Below are positions 1-9,929 of a stretch of 64,000 nucleotides of DNA, in pieces. Numbering within the stretch: the first letter of the stretch is position 1; each line of letters starts with the position of its first letter. The position numbers were made by a program, and so were the translations under genes. The DNA comes from Rikenellaceae bacterium. GTDB lineage: Bacteria; Bacteroidota; Bacteroidia; Bacteroidales; Rikenellaceae. The stretch is from contig JAFRZW010000004.1 of NCBI GenBank assembly GCA_017442365.1, forward strand, positions 13,445 to 77,444, given 5' to 3'. Under the pieces are notes generated by a model. It did no database searches. It was given only the letters and a program-made list of their open reading frames with translations, and was not told the origin of the DNA.

Positions 1-1152
1 GCCTGTGCACATATTGCAGAACAGACCTGCACCTACGGTAGATGCCACGATTGATACCGTTCGGCGTACAAAACGGAGGAAGAAGGCTGTGATGTTTGCC
101 AGCATACCGCTACCAGCCATCACTCCTCCGAAGCACATTGCGCAGACAATCAGCCACACCGTGTTAAGCATACCTGCCATTCCGTTTGTCGCAACCAGCT
201 CATTCAGCGCTTCATTGCCCGTTTCGATAGCAGTCGAGCCATAGTAGCTCTGCATAACGCCTCGGAATGCCCCCATAAATCCATCTGCGCCCGATATGTT
301 GTGCAAGATTTCGGGTTGAAAGATGCAGAGGAACACACCTGCGAGCAGGCACGACGAGAAGAGTGTAATCAGTGCCGGAAGTTTGCGAATGATCAGCAAC
401 AATGTGAACAGGGGCACGATGAGCAGCCACGGTGTGATGTTGAATGTTGCGCGTAGCGATGCCGAGAACTCAGCAATCTGAGCGGGGTCGCTAATTTCGT
501 GTGTAAGGCCGACGATCGTAAAGACCAGCAACGCAATACAGAACGAGGGCACCGTTGTAATCATCATATAGCGAATATGAGTGAAAAGAGGCGTTTCGGC
601 TGATGATGATGCAAGTACGGTCGTATCGGACAACGGCGAAATCTTATCGCCGAAATATGCGCCCGAAATAATCGCTCCCGCAATCCACCCTTCGTCGAAA
701 CCTTGTGCCTGACCGATACCGATCAATGCTACGCCGATTGTTGCGATTGTGGTCCACGAGCTGCCCGTCATAACCGACACCACGGCCGATATCGCGCAAC
801 ACGAAACCAAGAAGAGTTTGGGGTGCATAATCTCCAAACCGTAGCAAATCAGCGACGGTACTACTCCACTCACCATCCACGATCCTGCAATCGATCCGAT
901 CAAGAGCAACATAATGATAGCCGAGCCGACGCTGTGAAAATTCTTCGAAATGGCCTCTTCAAGTGTCTGCCACTTAACGCCATAGCGCAACATTGCGATA
1001 GCAACGCAGACGGCACTTGCGGCCAGCAGCGACACCTGACTTCCGCCCTCCAATGAGTCGCTACCGAAGGCTTGGATAACGGCAAAGAGCAACACAACAA
1101 GTACGGCAATCGGAACAAACGAAACGATTACCGAAGGATTGTTACTTTTCAT
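1..1152 (-). CDS. nhaC: Na+/H+ antiporter, NhaC family (3' end runs off the window)
   Basis: Not in the ORF track; translated by hand from the ATG at 1152: MKSNNPSVIVSFVPIAV...GSSWTTIATIGVALIG...GAIISGAYFGDKISPLSDTTVLAS, the NhaC signature. The frame stays open to the window edge. Confidence 0.88.
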   Translation of the reverse strand, partial: MKSNNPSVIVSFVPIAVLVVLLFAVIQAFGSDSLEGGSQVSLLAASAVCVAIAMLRYGVKWQTLEEAISKNFHSVGSAIIMLLLIGSIAGSWMVSGVVPSLICYGLEIMHPKLFLVSCCAISAVVSVMTGSSWTTIATIGVALIGIGQAQGFDEGWIAGAIISGAYFGDKISPLSDTTVLASSSAETPLFTHIRYMMITTVPSFCIALLVFTIVGLTHEISDPAQIAEFSASLRATFNITPWLLIVPLFTLLLIIRKLPALITLFSSCLLAGVFLCIFQPEILHNISGADGFMGAFRGVMQSYYGSTAIETGNEALNELVATNGMAGMLNTVWLIVCAMCFGGVMAGSGMLANITAFFLRFVRRTVSIVASTVGAGLFCNMCTG

Positions 1153-1166
1153 TTTTTTTCGATCGG

Positions 1167-2138
1167 CTATTTTGATGAGAAGCAATAATCGGCTGTATCG
1201 CGCAGGCCCAACAATAAATCACGCACCGCCATACGACGTTTGCCCGCCAACTGCAACTCTTCGAGTGCGATCCAACCATCTTTGCACGCCACTTCGAGCG
1301 TCGAGCGACCGTCGGTGCGAACCTCTCCTGCGCAACATTTGTGCTCAGTGGGTGTGAATCGAACGCTGAAAATCTTTGCCGAGCCAACCTCTGCACCATC
1401 TTTGTACATACGGCTCCACGCTGCGGGATATGGTGCCAAACCGCGCACAAAATTGACAATACGCTCGCCCTCCATCGACCAATCAATCAGGCAATCCTCC
1501 TTGAAGATCTTAGGCGCGGGTTTCAACTCCGAGTCGGGAATATGGCTCTGAGCGATCGGTGTGATGTTGCCCTCGGCGATCTTCTCGACCGTTTCGAGTA
1601 CCAAACCGCTGCCAATCTCCATCAATTTGTCGTAGAGCGTACCGATGTTGTCCTCGGGCAGAATCGGACAGCGTACCTGACCAATGATGTCGCCCGTATC
1701 TATCTGATGATTAAGCAAGAATGTAGTTACGCCCGTTTCGGTTTCGCCATTGATGATAGCCCAATTTATGGGTGCTGCACCGCGATATTGCGGCAGTAGC
1801 GAGGCGTGCAGGTTGAACGTGCCCAAACGTGGCAACGACCAGACGGTTTCGGGCAACATTCGGAAGGCGATGACAATACCCAAGTCGGGTTTCAATGCTT
1901 CCAATGCCGATTGAAATTCGGGATCGCGCAGCTTGACAGGTTGCAATACGGGCAGCCCCTGCTCGACGGCATACTGCTTGACATCGCTCTGTTGAATTTT
2001 CTGACCGCGACCAGCGGGTTTATCGGGTGTGGTTACGACGCCGACAATGTTGTAGCCGCCCTCGACCAATGCGCGGAGCGAGGTTACGGCAAATTCGGGC
2101 GTACCCATAAAAACTATGCGTAAATCTTTGGCATTCAT
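1167..2138 (-). CDS. fmt: Methionyl-tRNA formyltransferase
   Basis: IVFMGTPEFA, TTPDKPAGRG and NLHASLLPQYRGAAPI motifs; 323 aa. Confidence 0.97.
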   Translation of the reverse strand: MNAKDLRIVFMGTPEFAVTSLRALVEGGYNIVGVVTTPDKPAGRGQKIQQSDVKQYAVEQGLPVLQPVKLRDPEFQSALEALKPDLGIVIAFRMLPETVWSLPRLGTFNLHASLLPQYRGAAPINWAIINGETETGVTTFLLNHQIDTGDIIGQVRCPILPEDNIGTLYDKLMEIGSGLVLETVEKIAEGNITPIAQSHIPDSELKPAPKIFKEDCLIDWSMEGERIVNFVRGLAPYPAAWSRMYKDGAEVGSAKIFSVRFTPTEHKCCAGEVRTDGRSTLEVACKDGWIALEELQLAGKRRMAVRDLLLGLRDTADYCFSSK

Positions 2139-3640
2139 TATTTTTGCTGTTTATTGCGTTTCTTCGGTTTGAGTTTTGCGAATATCGGAGTTAGCTTAGC
2201 AGTAATGGGATCGACAAATTTCTTGACGTGGTTATAGTACCACTCGACATTGAACAGATTCGAGTCGTTGGTGGCTTTGTAGATTAGGAATGCCGCCAAC
2301 GGTCCGAGAATGAAGGTCGAAAGCCACATACCTGCGGTTGCGCTCCACGTACCCTCTTTGGCGATCTTTTCGCCCGTTGTGCTGATGATATAGTAGATCA
2401 CGAAGAATACCACCGAAATCACAATCGGCATACCCAAACCACCCTTTCGGATAATCGCGCCCAATGCTGCGCCGATCGCAAAGAAGATAATAATCGATAC
2501 CGGTAGCGATATTTTGCGATGCCACTCCACTTTGCTGATGTTCAACTGATTGATAGCCTCCTTGCTCGAAGCTTCGTCCCAAGTGAATGAGGCGCGCGAT
2601 GAGGCTGCTGCACTGCGGGCCTGCGCCCAAAGATTCTTACGCTCATAAATGTCGAGAGCCGCAATCGAATCTTCGTACAGAACGGCCTTAAATGCCTTTT
2701 TGTCAATATCCATTTTCAGGCTGTCCGGCACGGGCAGAATGCTGACGTCCTCTTGGAAGATCTGCTCTTTGAGCAGCGGCTCGTATGAGCGGGTGGTCGT
2801 TACGGTAACGAGGTGTTCGAGCGAATCGATCGAATGATCCAATTCGTTGATGTTCTTGGTCTTACCCGATGAGAACATATCGGCACTTGTGCGCGCAAAA
2901 TCGAATCCCGAAGTGGGAATTGCACCATTCTGCTCGGTGAAGAACGAGCGACGCAGATTGTTCTTGTCGTACCAATTATTGTTGCGAGTCTGCTCATACG
3001 ATTCGCCATTATAGAGAGTTACGAGTAGGAACTTTTTGTCGTCCGACAAGCGGATATAGCCCGAGTCGGCCACCATTGTAGTCATATTGCCGCTGGTGTT
3101 GCGGTTGTCATAGATCAGGACGTCGCGTAGAAGGTGTGTTTCGGGGTCTTGCGTTCCGACGCGAATACTCAGGTTATCCACTCCGTTGAAGAATACTCCA
3201 TCTTGAAACTCGATCGACTGCTTCTGCTGGCGAATGTCATAGAGCAGGCTGAACATCTTTTTGTTCGAGTATGGAACGAGGTTGTTGGCGGCAAAAAAGC
3301 TACCCACAGCCACGAAGAATACAACTATAAACAGCGGTTTGAGAATCTGCATCAGCGACATACCTGCCGATTTCATCGCCAACAATTCATAGTTTTCGCC
3401 CAAGTTGCCCATTGTCATAATCGCGGCAAAGAGTGTAGCCAATGGCAGACCCATCGGAATCATCGTTGCCAGCGAATAGAGGATCAGTTCGACGATTACG
3501 GCTCCATCGATACCCTTTCCGACCAGCTCGTCGATGTATAGCCAAACGAAGTTCATCATCAGCACGAACATCACGATCAGGAATGTGAGCACCATCGGGC
3601 CCAGATATGATTTGAGTACAAATTTATGTATCTTTTTCAT
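2138..3640 (-). CDS. LptF/LptG family LPS export permease
   Basis: YLGPMVLTF...MGNLGENYELLAMKSAG and KISLPVSII...GALIRKGGLG motifs; 500 aa with a large periplasmic domain. Confidence 0.9.
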   Translation of the reverse strand: MKKIHKFVLKSYLGPMVLTFLIVMFVLMMNFVWLYIDELVGKGIDGAVIVELILYSLATMIPMGLPLATLFAAIMTMGNLGENYELLAMKSAGMSLMQILKPLFIVVFFVAVGSFFAANNLVPYSNKKMFSLLYDIRQQKQSIEFQDGVFFNGVDNLSIRVGTQDPETHLLRDVLIYDNRNTSGNMTTMVADSGYIRLSDDKKFLLVTLYNGESYEQTRNNNWYDKNNLRRSFFTEQNGAIPTSGFDFARTSADMFSSGKTKNINELDHSIDSLEHLVTVTTTRSYEPLLKEQIFQEDVSILPVPDSLKMDIDKKAFKAVLYEDSIAALDIYERKNLWAQARSAAASSRASFTWDEASSKEAINQLNISKVEWHRKISLPVSIIIFFAIGAALGAIIRKGGLGMPIVISVVFFVIYYIISTTGEKIAKEGTWSATAGMWLSTFILGPLAAFLIYKATNDSNLFNVEWYYNHVKKFVDPITAKLTPIFAKLKPKKRNKQQK

Positions 3641-4473
3641 CGGCTCGTTGCGAGTTTAGTTTTGCTCCGTGCGGGGAGCAGTTTGACGATTATGAGTGCG
3701 AGCGTCAGTACGAAAATGATCACTGCGCTCGGTGGGATCTCGAAGTAATAACTGATGGTCAGTCCAATAATGTTGGCTGCCATTCCAACCATTGCCGACC
3801 AAACCGTAATTGCCCGATAGGACTTCGTGATTGAATTTACGATAACGGCCGGCATTGTCAGTAGCGATATGAGCAAAATGATACCCATCACTCTGATTGA
3901 TAGTACAATAGTTGCTGCCACAATCACAGCCATTATGTACGAAATTACACGTATGGGAATACCTTGTGAGGCGGCAAAATCGCGGTCGAAAGCGACGAAC
4001 ATCACCTGTTTCAACCATACTGCCGCACCGATAATCAGCAACAAACAGAGGACTCCGAGTGCAGCGACATCACCACGAGTAACGGTAATGATGCTGCCAA
4101 ACAGATATGCCGACAGATCGCCTGCCGCATAGCCTGCTCGAAGGTTCATAAAGACGATTCCGATTGCCATTCCGACCGACCACACGATACCGATCGCTGA
4201 GTCTTGGCGGATACGGCCGCGCTCACTTGCCCATTCGATACCGAGAGCTGCAAGCACAGCAAAGATCATCGCTCCCACGATCGGATTGGTCCCTGCATAG
4301 AGAGCTATACCCATACCTCCGAACGATGAGTGGGTAATGCCACCGCTGAGGAAAACCATACGGCGTGCGACGATATATGTACCGACAATACCGCACGCTA
4401 TGCCCGATAATATGCAGGCATAGAGGGCGTTACTCAGGTGTGGGTAACTTAGTATATCGTTAAGAAACTCCAT
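3637..4473 (-). CDS. Metal (Zn/Mn) ABC transporter permease, ZnuB family
   Basis: GTYIVARRMVFLSGGITHSSFGG and DLSAYLFGSI motifs. Start moved to the ATG at 4473 (MEFLNDILSY), downstream of a -7 box; the ORF-track upstream extension is not supported. Confidence 0.9.
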   Translation of the reverse strand: MEFLNDILSYPHLSNALYACILSGIACGIVGTYIVARRMVFLSGGITHSSFGGMGIALYAGTNPIVGAMIFAVLAALGIEWASERGRIRQDSAIGIVWSVGMAIGIVFMNLRAGYAAGDLSAYLFGSIITVTRGDVAALGVLCLLLIIGAAVWLKQVMFVAFDRDFAASQGIPIRVISYIMAVIVAATIVLSIRVMGIILLISLLTMPAVIVNSITKSYRAITVWSAMVGMAANIIGLTISYYFEIPPSAVIIFVLTLALIIVKLLPARSKTKLATSR

Positions 4474-4506
4474 TGTTAATCGCGCGTGCGTACGTGTATC
4501 AAACTG

Positions 4507-4514
4507 CAAATTTA
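4507..4514 (-). promoter_or_regulatory. Bacteroidota sigma-A -7 box (TAAATTTG) for the znuB-lptF-fmt-nhaC unit
   Basis: Matches TAnnTTTG about 35 bp upstream of the ATG. Confidence 0.55.
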
Positions 4515-4641
4515 GGTTTTTTCGGCGACCCAGCCAAATATTCTGCGTTTCTTTGACAAGAAGTGTGGAATATTTGTCGCGGGAGATTGTTTTTGCGCCC
4601 GTTTTTTGTAATTTCGCGCTGTAAATGTATAGCGAAAAACA

Positions 4642-5952
4642 ATGAATGAGAATCGTGGTCGTCGAGTGAGTTTTCATACACTCGGCTGTAAGCTCAATTT
4701 TTCGGAGAGTTCGACGCTCGCACGTGAGTTCGAGAGCAATGGTTATGTGCGTGTCGGGAGCGAACGTGATGCCGATGTGTGTGTGATCAATAGCTGCTCG
4801 GTTACGGAGCACGCCGATAAGAAGTGTCGCAATTTGGTGCGTAAAATCCATCGTCGCAATCCCTCGGCAATTATCGCCGTTACGGGGTGTTATGCGCAAC
4901 TGAAACCGCACGATATTGCGAAAATCGAAGGCGTTGATATCGTGTTGAGTAACAATGATAAAGGTGATTTATATCAACGAGTGGCTGAGCTGATGGGACG
5001 CAAGGCCGATACTCCGTTTGTAACGAGTTGCCAGACCGAGGAATTGACCCGATTTTTTGCAGCATTTTCGAGTGGCGACCGCACGCGAACATTCCTTAAA
5101 GTGCAGGACGGTTGCGACTATAAATGCGCCTATTGTACGATCCACTATGCGCGCGGTTCGAGCCGCAATATGCCCATTGCCGATCTGGTCGAAGAGGCGC
5201 GTGAGATTGCCCGATTGGGACAGAAGGAGATCGTGATTACGGGTATCAATACGGGTGATTTTGGTCGCACGACGGGCGAAAGTTTCTACGATTTGTTGCG
5301 TGCGTTGGACGAGGTCGAGGGGATTGAACGTTATCGAATTTCGTCGATTGAGCCCAATCTGCTGACCGACGAGATTATCGAGCTGTGTGCTCGCTCAGCT
5401 AAGTTCCAACCCCACTTCCATATTCCGTTACAGAGTGGTTGTGATAGTGTTTTGGCACGTATGCGACGTCGCTATACCACAGCGCGTTATGCCAATCGAA
5501 TTGAAGCGGTGCGTGAGCTGATGCCCGATGCCTTCATCGGTATTGATGTGATTGTTGGATTCCCGGGTGAAACGGACGAGGATTTTCAAACGACATACGA
5601 TTTTTTGGAGCGTTTGGCGCCAGCTTACCTGCATATATTCCCCTTCTCGGAGCGTGCCGGAACGCCTGCGGTTACGATGCCCGATAAGGTGCCACCGCAC
5701 ATCTCGGCCGAACGAGCCAAACGTCTTGACGAACTGTGTCAAAAGCTCCACCGCCAATTCTGCGAGCGTCATATCGGGCAGGAGGCCGAGGTGCTGTTCG
5801 AAGGTCCTGCCAAAGGTGGTATGATGTCGGGCTTCACGGCCAACTATATCAAGGTGCTTGCACCCTACGATCGCGCCAAAATCAATACTATTGTGCGCGT
5901 AAAGTTGGATTCTGTGGTGGATAATTGCGATATGGTTGCGCATTTATTATAA
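4642..5952 (+). CDS. mtaB: tRNA t6A37 methylthiotransferase (radical SAM, TRAM)
   Basis: TLGCKLNFSES, INSCSVT, KVQDGCDYKCAYC (CxxxCxxC) and GFPGET motifs. Confidence 0.95.
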   Translation: MNENRGRRVSFHTLGCKLNFSESSTLAREFESNGYVRVGSERDADVCVINSCSVTEHADKKCRNLVRKIHRRNPSAIIAVTGCYAQLKPHDIAKIEGVDIVLSNNDKGDLYQRVAELMGRKADTPFVTSCQTEELTRFFAAFSSGDRTRTFLKVQDGCDYKCAYCTIHYARGSSRNMPIADLVEEAREIARLGQKEIVITGINTGDFGRTTGESFYDLLRALDEVEGIERYRISSIEPNLLTDEIIELCARSAKFQPHFHIPLQSGCDSVLARMRRRYTTARYANRIEAVRELMPDAFIGIDVIVGFPGETDEDFQTTYDFLERLAPAYLHIFPFSERAGTPAVTMPDKVPPHISAERAKRLDELCQKLHRQFCERHIGQEAEVLFEGPAKGGMMSGFTANYIKVLAPYDRAKINTIVRVKLDSVVDNCDMVAHLL

Positions 5953-5958
5953 AATTTG

Positions 5959-5966
5959 TATATTTG
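5959..5966 (+). promoter_or_regulatory. -7 box (TATATTTG) for the sensor-trkH-SPOR unit
   Basis: Consensus TAnnTTTG in the 31-bp gap after mtaB. Confidence 0.55.
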
Positions 5967-5983
5967 CGTTTTAGTGTAAAGAT

Positions 5984-6778
5984 ATGTCAAAGAATAGAAT
6001 GAAGGGTTTGCGCAAAAAAAGCATTGCAGGTTTCAGTTGCATAGTATTGTTGCTGGCCTTCTCGGGCGTTGTATCAATGCTCGAATTGGGGCAGTTGAGC
6101 CGCGACGCTGAGGAGATTTTTGGTGCGAGCACACGTAACGTCGAGCTGGCGCAGGATATGCTCGATGCTGCTCAGAGTCAACATACTGCATTGATGCACA
6201 TCGCTATTTTCGGTCAATATGAGTTTGCCGATTCGTGCCGACATAGTTCGGAACGATTGACTGCGACTCTCGAATTGGCACGTGAAGAGATTTACGACGC
6301 CTCGTCGCTCGATTCGCTATCGATGGCGACGGCACGTCTGGCTACGACGGTCGAAGATTTTATGGCTGTTGAACCTCCCATCGAGCGTACTGACTCGATT
6401 GTACGCGCCAATGCGATGTGGTACACTCGCCAATACGAGGCTGATTATATGGCGTTGCATAATGCGGTGAAGAACTACATTACCTCGATGCAGGGCACGT
6501 TGGCACCGCGTACCGAACTGCTCAAAAAGAACGCCTATCGAACTGTTATGCCTGTGCTGATCACGCAGATAGTTACGATTTTGATCGTGCTGATGTTGTT
6601 CTATTTCGTGAATTGCTACGGTGTGAAACCGATCACCGAACTCAATAAACGTTTGGACGACTACCTGCGATATAAATTGCCATTTACGGTCAAGGGTGAG
6701 TTTGTCGATGAGTTGGCGTCGATCAAGGAGCAGATTGAGGTGCTCATCACTCGCAACAAACGTCGTATAGACGATTAA
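5984..6778 (+). CDS. Two-TM membrane protein with MCP-type four-helix-bundle periplasmic domain and short HAMP-like tail; no output domain
   Basis: TM1 (IAGFSCIVLLLAFSGVV), a helical periplasmic region, TM2 (VMPVLITQIVTILIVLMLFYFV), then PITELNKRL...DELASIKEQI and a stop. Confidence 0.65.
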   Translation: MSKNRMKGLRKKSIAGFSCIVLLLAFSGVVSMLELGQLSRDAEEIFGASTRNVELAQDMLDAAQSQHTALMHIAIFGQYEFADSCRHSSERLTATLELAREEIYDASSLDSLSMATARLATTVEDFMAVEPPIERTDSIVRANAMWYTRQYEADYMALHNAVKNYITSMQGTLAPRTELLKKNAYRTVMPVLITQIVTILIVLMLFYFVNCYGVKPITELNKRLDDYLRYKLPFTVKGEFVDELASIKEQIEVLITRNKRRIDD

Positions 6779-6800
6779 ACAAAACAGAGGGGAGAGGAAT

Positions 6801-8252
6801 ATGCGACTGAGCGTTATATTTCGATACATTGGCATTGTAATGCTGTTTTTGGCGTTGTTTATGTTGGCGTCGGCAGGCGTTTCGTACATAAATCACGTCG
6901 ATACGGCATTCTATCCGCTGCTCATCTCGTTTATGCTGACGTTGGTGCTCGGTGTCTTTCCGTTGATTTTTGTCAATAAGGACCCCAACGCAACGATGAC
7001 CACCAAGGAGAGCTACTGCATTGTGGTCGGTGCGTGGTTGTTGGCTTGCGTGGTCGGTATGTTCCCCTACCTGATTTGGGGCGGCGAGTTCTCGCTGATC
7101 AATGCTTGGTTTGAGAGTGTGTCGGGATTTTCGTGTACGGGAGCGTCGATTTTGAACGATATCGAGGCTCTGCCACGAGGTCTGCTCTTCTGGCGATCGA
7201 CGACTAATTGGATCGGTGGTGTGGGCGTAGTCATCTTTGCAATGATGATTCTGCCGACGCTGGGTCGCAATCGCGCAATGCTGACCAATATCGAGATGTC
7301 GGCAATGGCCAAGGATAACTACCACTACCGCTCGCAGCAATTGATCCGAATCCTGATCACGACCTATATCTGTGTTACGTTGCTCTGTATGTTTGCGCTG
7401 AAATTGGCGGGTATGACGTGGTTTGACGCTTGTACGCACGCGATGAGTACGGTTTCGACGGCGGGTTTCAGCACCAAGAATGCCAGCGTCGGACATTTCG
7501 ATAGTGTGGCAATCGAGTTGATACTGATCGTAACGATGTTTGTGTCGGCGATCCACTATGGTTTGCTGTTCTCGACATTGACGGGAAAGCGTAACAATAT
7601 CTTCCGCTCGGAGGTTGTTAAGACCTATCTTGTTGCATTGGCGGCCAGCTCGGTGCTGATAGCAGTCAGCCTGCGTCTGGCAGATGTCTATCCTACCCTG
7701 CTCTCGTCGTTCCGCCACTCGCTGTTCCAGGTGGTTTCGATTTCGACAACGACAGGCTTTGCTACGACCGACACCAATTTGTGGACACCGTTGGCGGTGA
7801 TGATTTTGGTAGTTCTGTCGTTGACGGGTGCTTGTGCAGGCTCAACCTCAGGCGGTTTGAAGTTCGATCGACTGATTTTGGCGGCTAAGTCGGTGAAGGC
7901 GCGTATCGTGCAGCAACAGCACCCAAATGCTATTGTGCGAATCAAAATTGATGGTGTGATTCAGCGTACCGACACTGTTAGTACGGTGATGACCTTCATT
8001 GTTTTCTATATTTTGTTAATTCTGATCGGAGTCTTTGTCAATTCGCTCTATGGTATCGACTTGACGACGGGATTTTCGTCGGCAGTGGCTTGTGTGTCGA
8101 ATGTTGGTCCGGGTTTCGGTGAGGTCGGCTCGGTTTGCAATTTCTCGTCGCTGCCGTCGATGGTGAAATTTACCGATACGTTGTTGATGTTGTTCGGCCG
8201 TTTGGAGATTTTCGGATTGATACAGATCTTTTTGATCAAATGGTGGATTTAG
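6801..8252 (+). CDS. trkH: Trk-type K+ uptake membrane protein
   Basis: Four pore-loop motifs (SGFSCTGAS, STVSTAGFS, SISTTTGF, CVSNVGPG) plus GSTSGGLK and LFGRLEIF. Confidence 0.93.
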   Translation: MRLSVIFRYIGIVMLFLALFMLASAGVSYINHVDTAFYPLLISFMLTLVLGVFPLIFVNKDPNATMTTKESYCIVVGAWLLACVVGMFPYLIWGGEFSLINAWFESVSGFSCTGASILNDIEALPRGLLFWRSTTNWIGGVGVVIFAMMILPTLGRNRAMLTNIEMSAMAKDNYHYRSQQLIRILITTYICVTLLCMFALKLAGMTWFDACTHAMSTVSTAGFSTKNASVGHFDSVAIELILIVTMFVSAIHYGLLFSTLTGKRNNIFRSEVVKTYLVALAASSVLIAVSLRLADVYPTLLSSFRHSLFQVVSISTTTGFATTDTNLWTPLAVMILVVLSLTGACAGSTSGGLKFDRLILAAKSVKARIVQQQHPNAIVRIKIDGVIQRTDTVSTVMTFIVFYILLILIGVFVNSLYGIDLTTGFSSAVACVSNVGPGFGEVGSVCNFSSLPSMVKFTDTLLMLFGRLEIFGLIQIFLIKWWI

Positions 8253-8261
8253 ATTTTGGCT

Positions 8262-9836
8262 ATGAAGAGATACTCGATATTACTACTAACGATATTTGCA
8301 TTTGCCGCAGGATATGTGGTGGCACAACCTCCCGTTAAGGCTCGTATTGCAGGATTGGAGGATAATGCCGAATATATGGCACTGCTGAGCGATGGCGTCA
8401 GGTTGCAACAGCAGGAGGACTCGGTGATGCGTGTAATCGAACAGAATCGCAAACTCTTTGCTGAGGACGTCGAGAATCGCGCAAAGTATGGTGAGGCGAT
8501 CCTTGCGTTGGAGGAGCAGGTTTTCAGTTTGCGCAATCGTAAGGGCGATATTTTTAGCCGTATCAATACCATCGAGCAGGATTGGCTGATCGAGAATATG
8601 GTGTCGGGCGAGGTGGTAGTGAGTGATCAGCTACCCGATGAGCAGGCTACCGATACGATCGTCGAGCAGGCAGCAGTGCAGGCTTCGCGTCTGGTCGATG
8701 ATATACACTTTGTTACGGCGCTCGATTCGTTGGACTACGTGGCTTTGCAACGTGCTCAGAACGATGAGCATAAGGTGATTGAGTATGTCAATATGCTCAG
8801 CGAGAACCATACAGCGATGGAGTCGATCAGGGTGCAGTATGAACAGACGCAAGATGCAGCCGAGGCGTCGCGCCTCTACTCTAACTATCAGGTGCTGAAA
8901 GGTCTGTGCTCGGCGTTGAATGACTCGATAGCGACGCGCTGGGGGACAATTTTCGACGCAAAGAGTTTTGCATATAACTTTATGCTCGAAATGGAGCGCC
9001 GCGATGATCTGTTGGAGGAGAGTGAGTTGGCGCTGTCGAAGGCAATTCAGCAGTCGGCATCGGATCGTGGTCGCTATGCCTCGGACGCGATGTGTAACTA
9101 TTTCAATACCAAGAAGGCAATGATCGGCACAGAGATTGAGTTGGCTCGAATCTATGGCTTGGGCTATGTGCAGGATTCGTTGTCGAAGGTGGCGCACCAT
9201 CTGGCGACGATTGACTATCAACTGCCAAAGGTCGAGATCGAGGAGCGTTTCTTCTTGGCATACGAGCCGATCGGAGTGTCGTCGCCATCGCGCTATAATT
9301 CACGTAAGCCGATCCCTGAGTGCGAGATCTATGAGCGCGGTACGATCTATCGCATTGTGCTCGGTACATTCTCGCAACAGCAGCCTATTTCGATTTTCCG
9401 CGGCGTCTATCCGCTCTATCGTTTGAAGACCGAGGAGGGCAAGTATCGCTACTTTGCAGGCGGTTTTGCTACGGAGGCTGAGGCTGATGAGGCGCAGATC
9501 AAGTTGAAGAATATGGGTTTCCGTCGCCCTGAGGTTGTGGTTTGGCAAGATGGTGTCTATACAAATCTGGCCGAGGCACGTGAAGCGGCAGCCGATATGA
9601 CGCAGGTGTTCCGTGTCGAAATTTCGGGTGTGGAGCAGATTGACGATCAGATGCGTGCAGCAATTGATACGCTGGCTGTGGGCAAGGATATCACGCGAAT
9701 TAATGGTCGCTTTATGGTGATGTCGTTTGCTGAGCGTGCGGAGGCAGAGCAACTTGCTGAGGCTGTGTCGGCGGTCGAGGGCGCAACGGCAGAGGTGGTT
9801 GCCATCGAGGTCGAGATGCCGGCTGAGGAGGAATAA
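8262..9836 (+). CDS. Exported coiled-coil protein with SPOR (peptidoglycan-binding) domain
   Basis: Signal peptide MKRYSILLLTIFAFAAG; C-terminal YRIVLGTF...GKYRYFAGGFATEAEADEAQIKLKNMGF, which is SPOR-like. Confidence 0.7.
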   Translation: MKRYSILLLTIFAFAAGYVVAQPPVKARIAGLEDNAEYMALLSDGVRLQQQEDSVMRVIEQNRKLFAEDVENRAKYGEAILALEEQVFSLRNRKGDIFSRINTIEQDWLIENMVSGEVVVSDQLPDEQATDTIVEQAAVQASRLVDDIHFVTALDSLDYVALQRAQNDEHKVIEYVNMLSENHTAMESIRVQYEQTQDAAEASRLYSNYQVLKGLCSALNDSIATRWGTIFDAKSFAYNFMLEMERRDDLLEESELALSKAIQQSASDRGRYASDAMCNYFNTKKAMIGTEIELARIYGLGYVQDSLSKVAHHLATIDYQLPKVEIEERFFLAYEPIGVSSPSRYNSRKPIPECEIYERGTIYRIVLGTFSQQQPISIFRGVYPLYRLKTEEGKYRYFAGGFATEAEADEAQIKLKNMGFRRPEVVVWQDGVYTNLAEAREAAADMTQVFRVEISGVEQIDDQMRAAIDTLAVGKDITRINGRFMVMSFAERAEAEQLAEAVSAVEGATAEVVAIEVEMPAEEE

Positions 9837-9929
9837 TTGCAGCAATGGCTCAAAAATGGGCTGTGCTGTTGTGAAATTTAAGTTTTTTTGTTATCTTTAC
9901 TGCAACTAACTATTAAATAACGAAGCATT

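Noticed and set aside
3637-4911. ORF-track N-terminal extensions of znuB, lptB, recQ, mtgA, ftsE, the RND genes and the lipoprotein
   Set aside because: They run through promoters or neighbouring genes; downstream ATGs fit family N-termini and -7 box positions.
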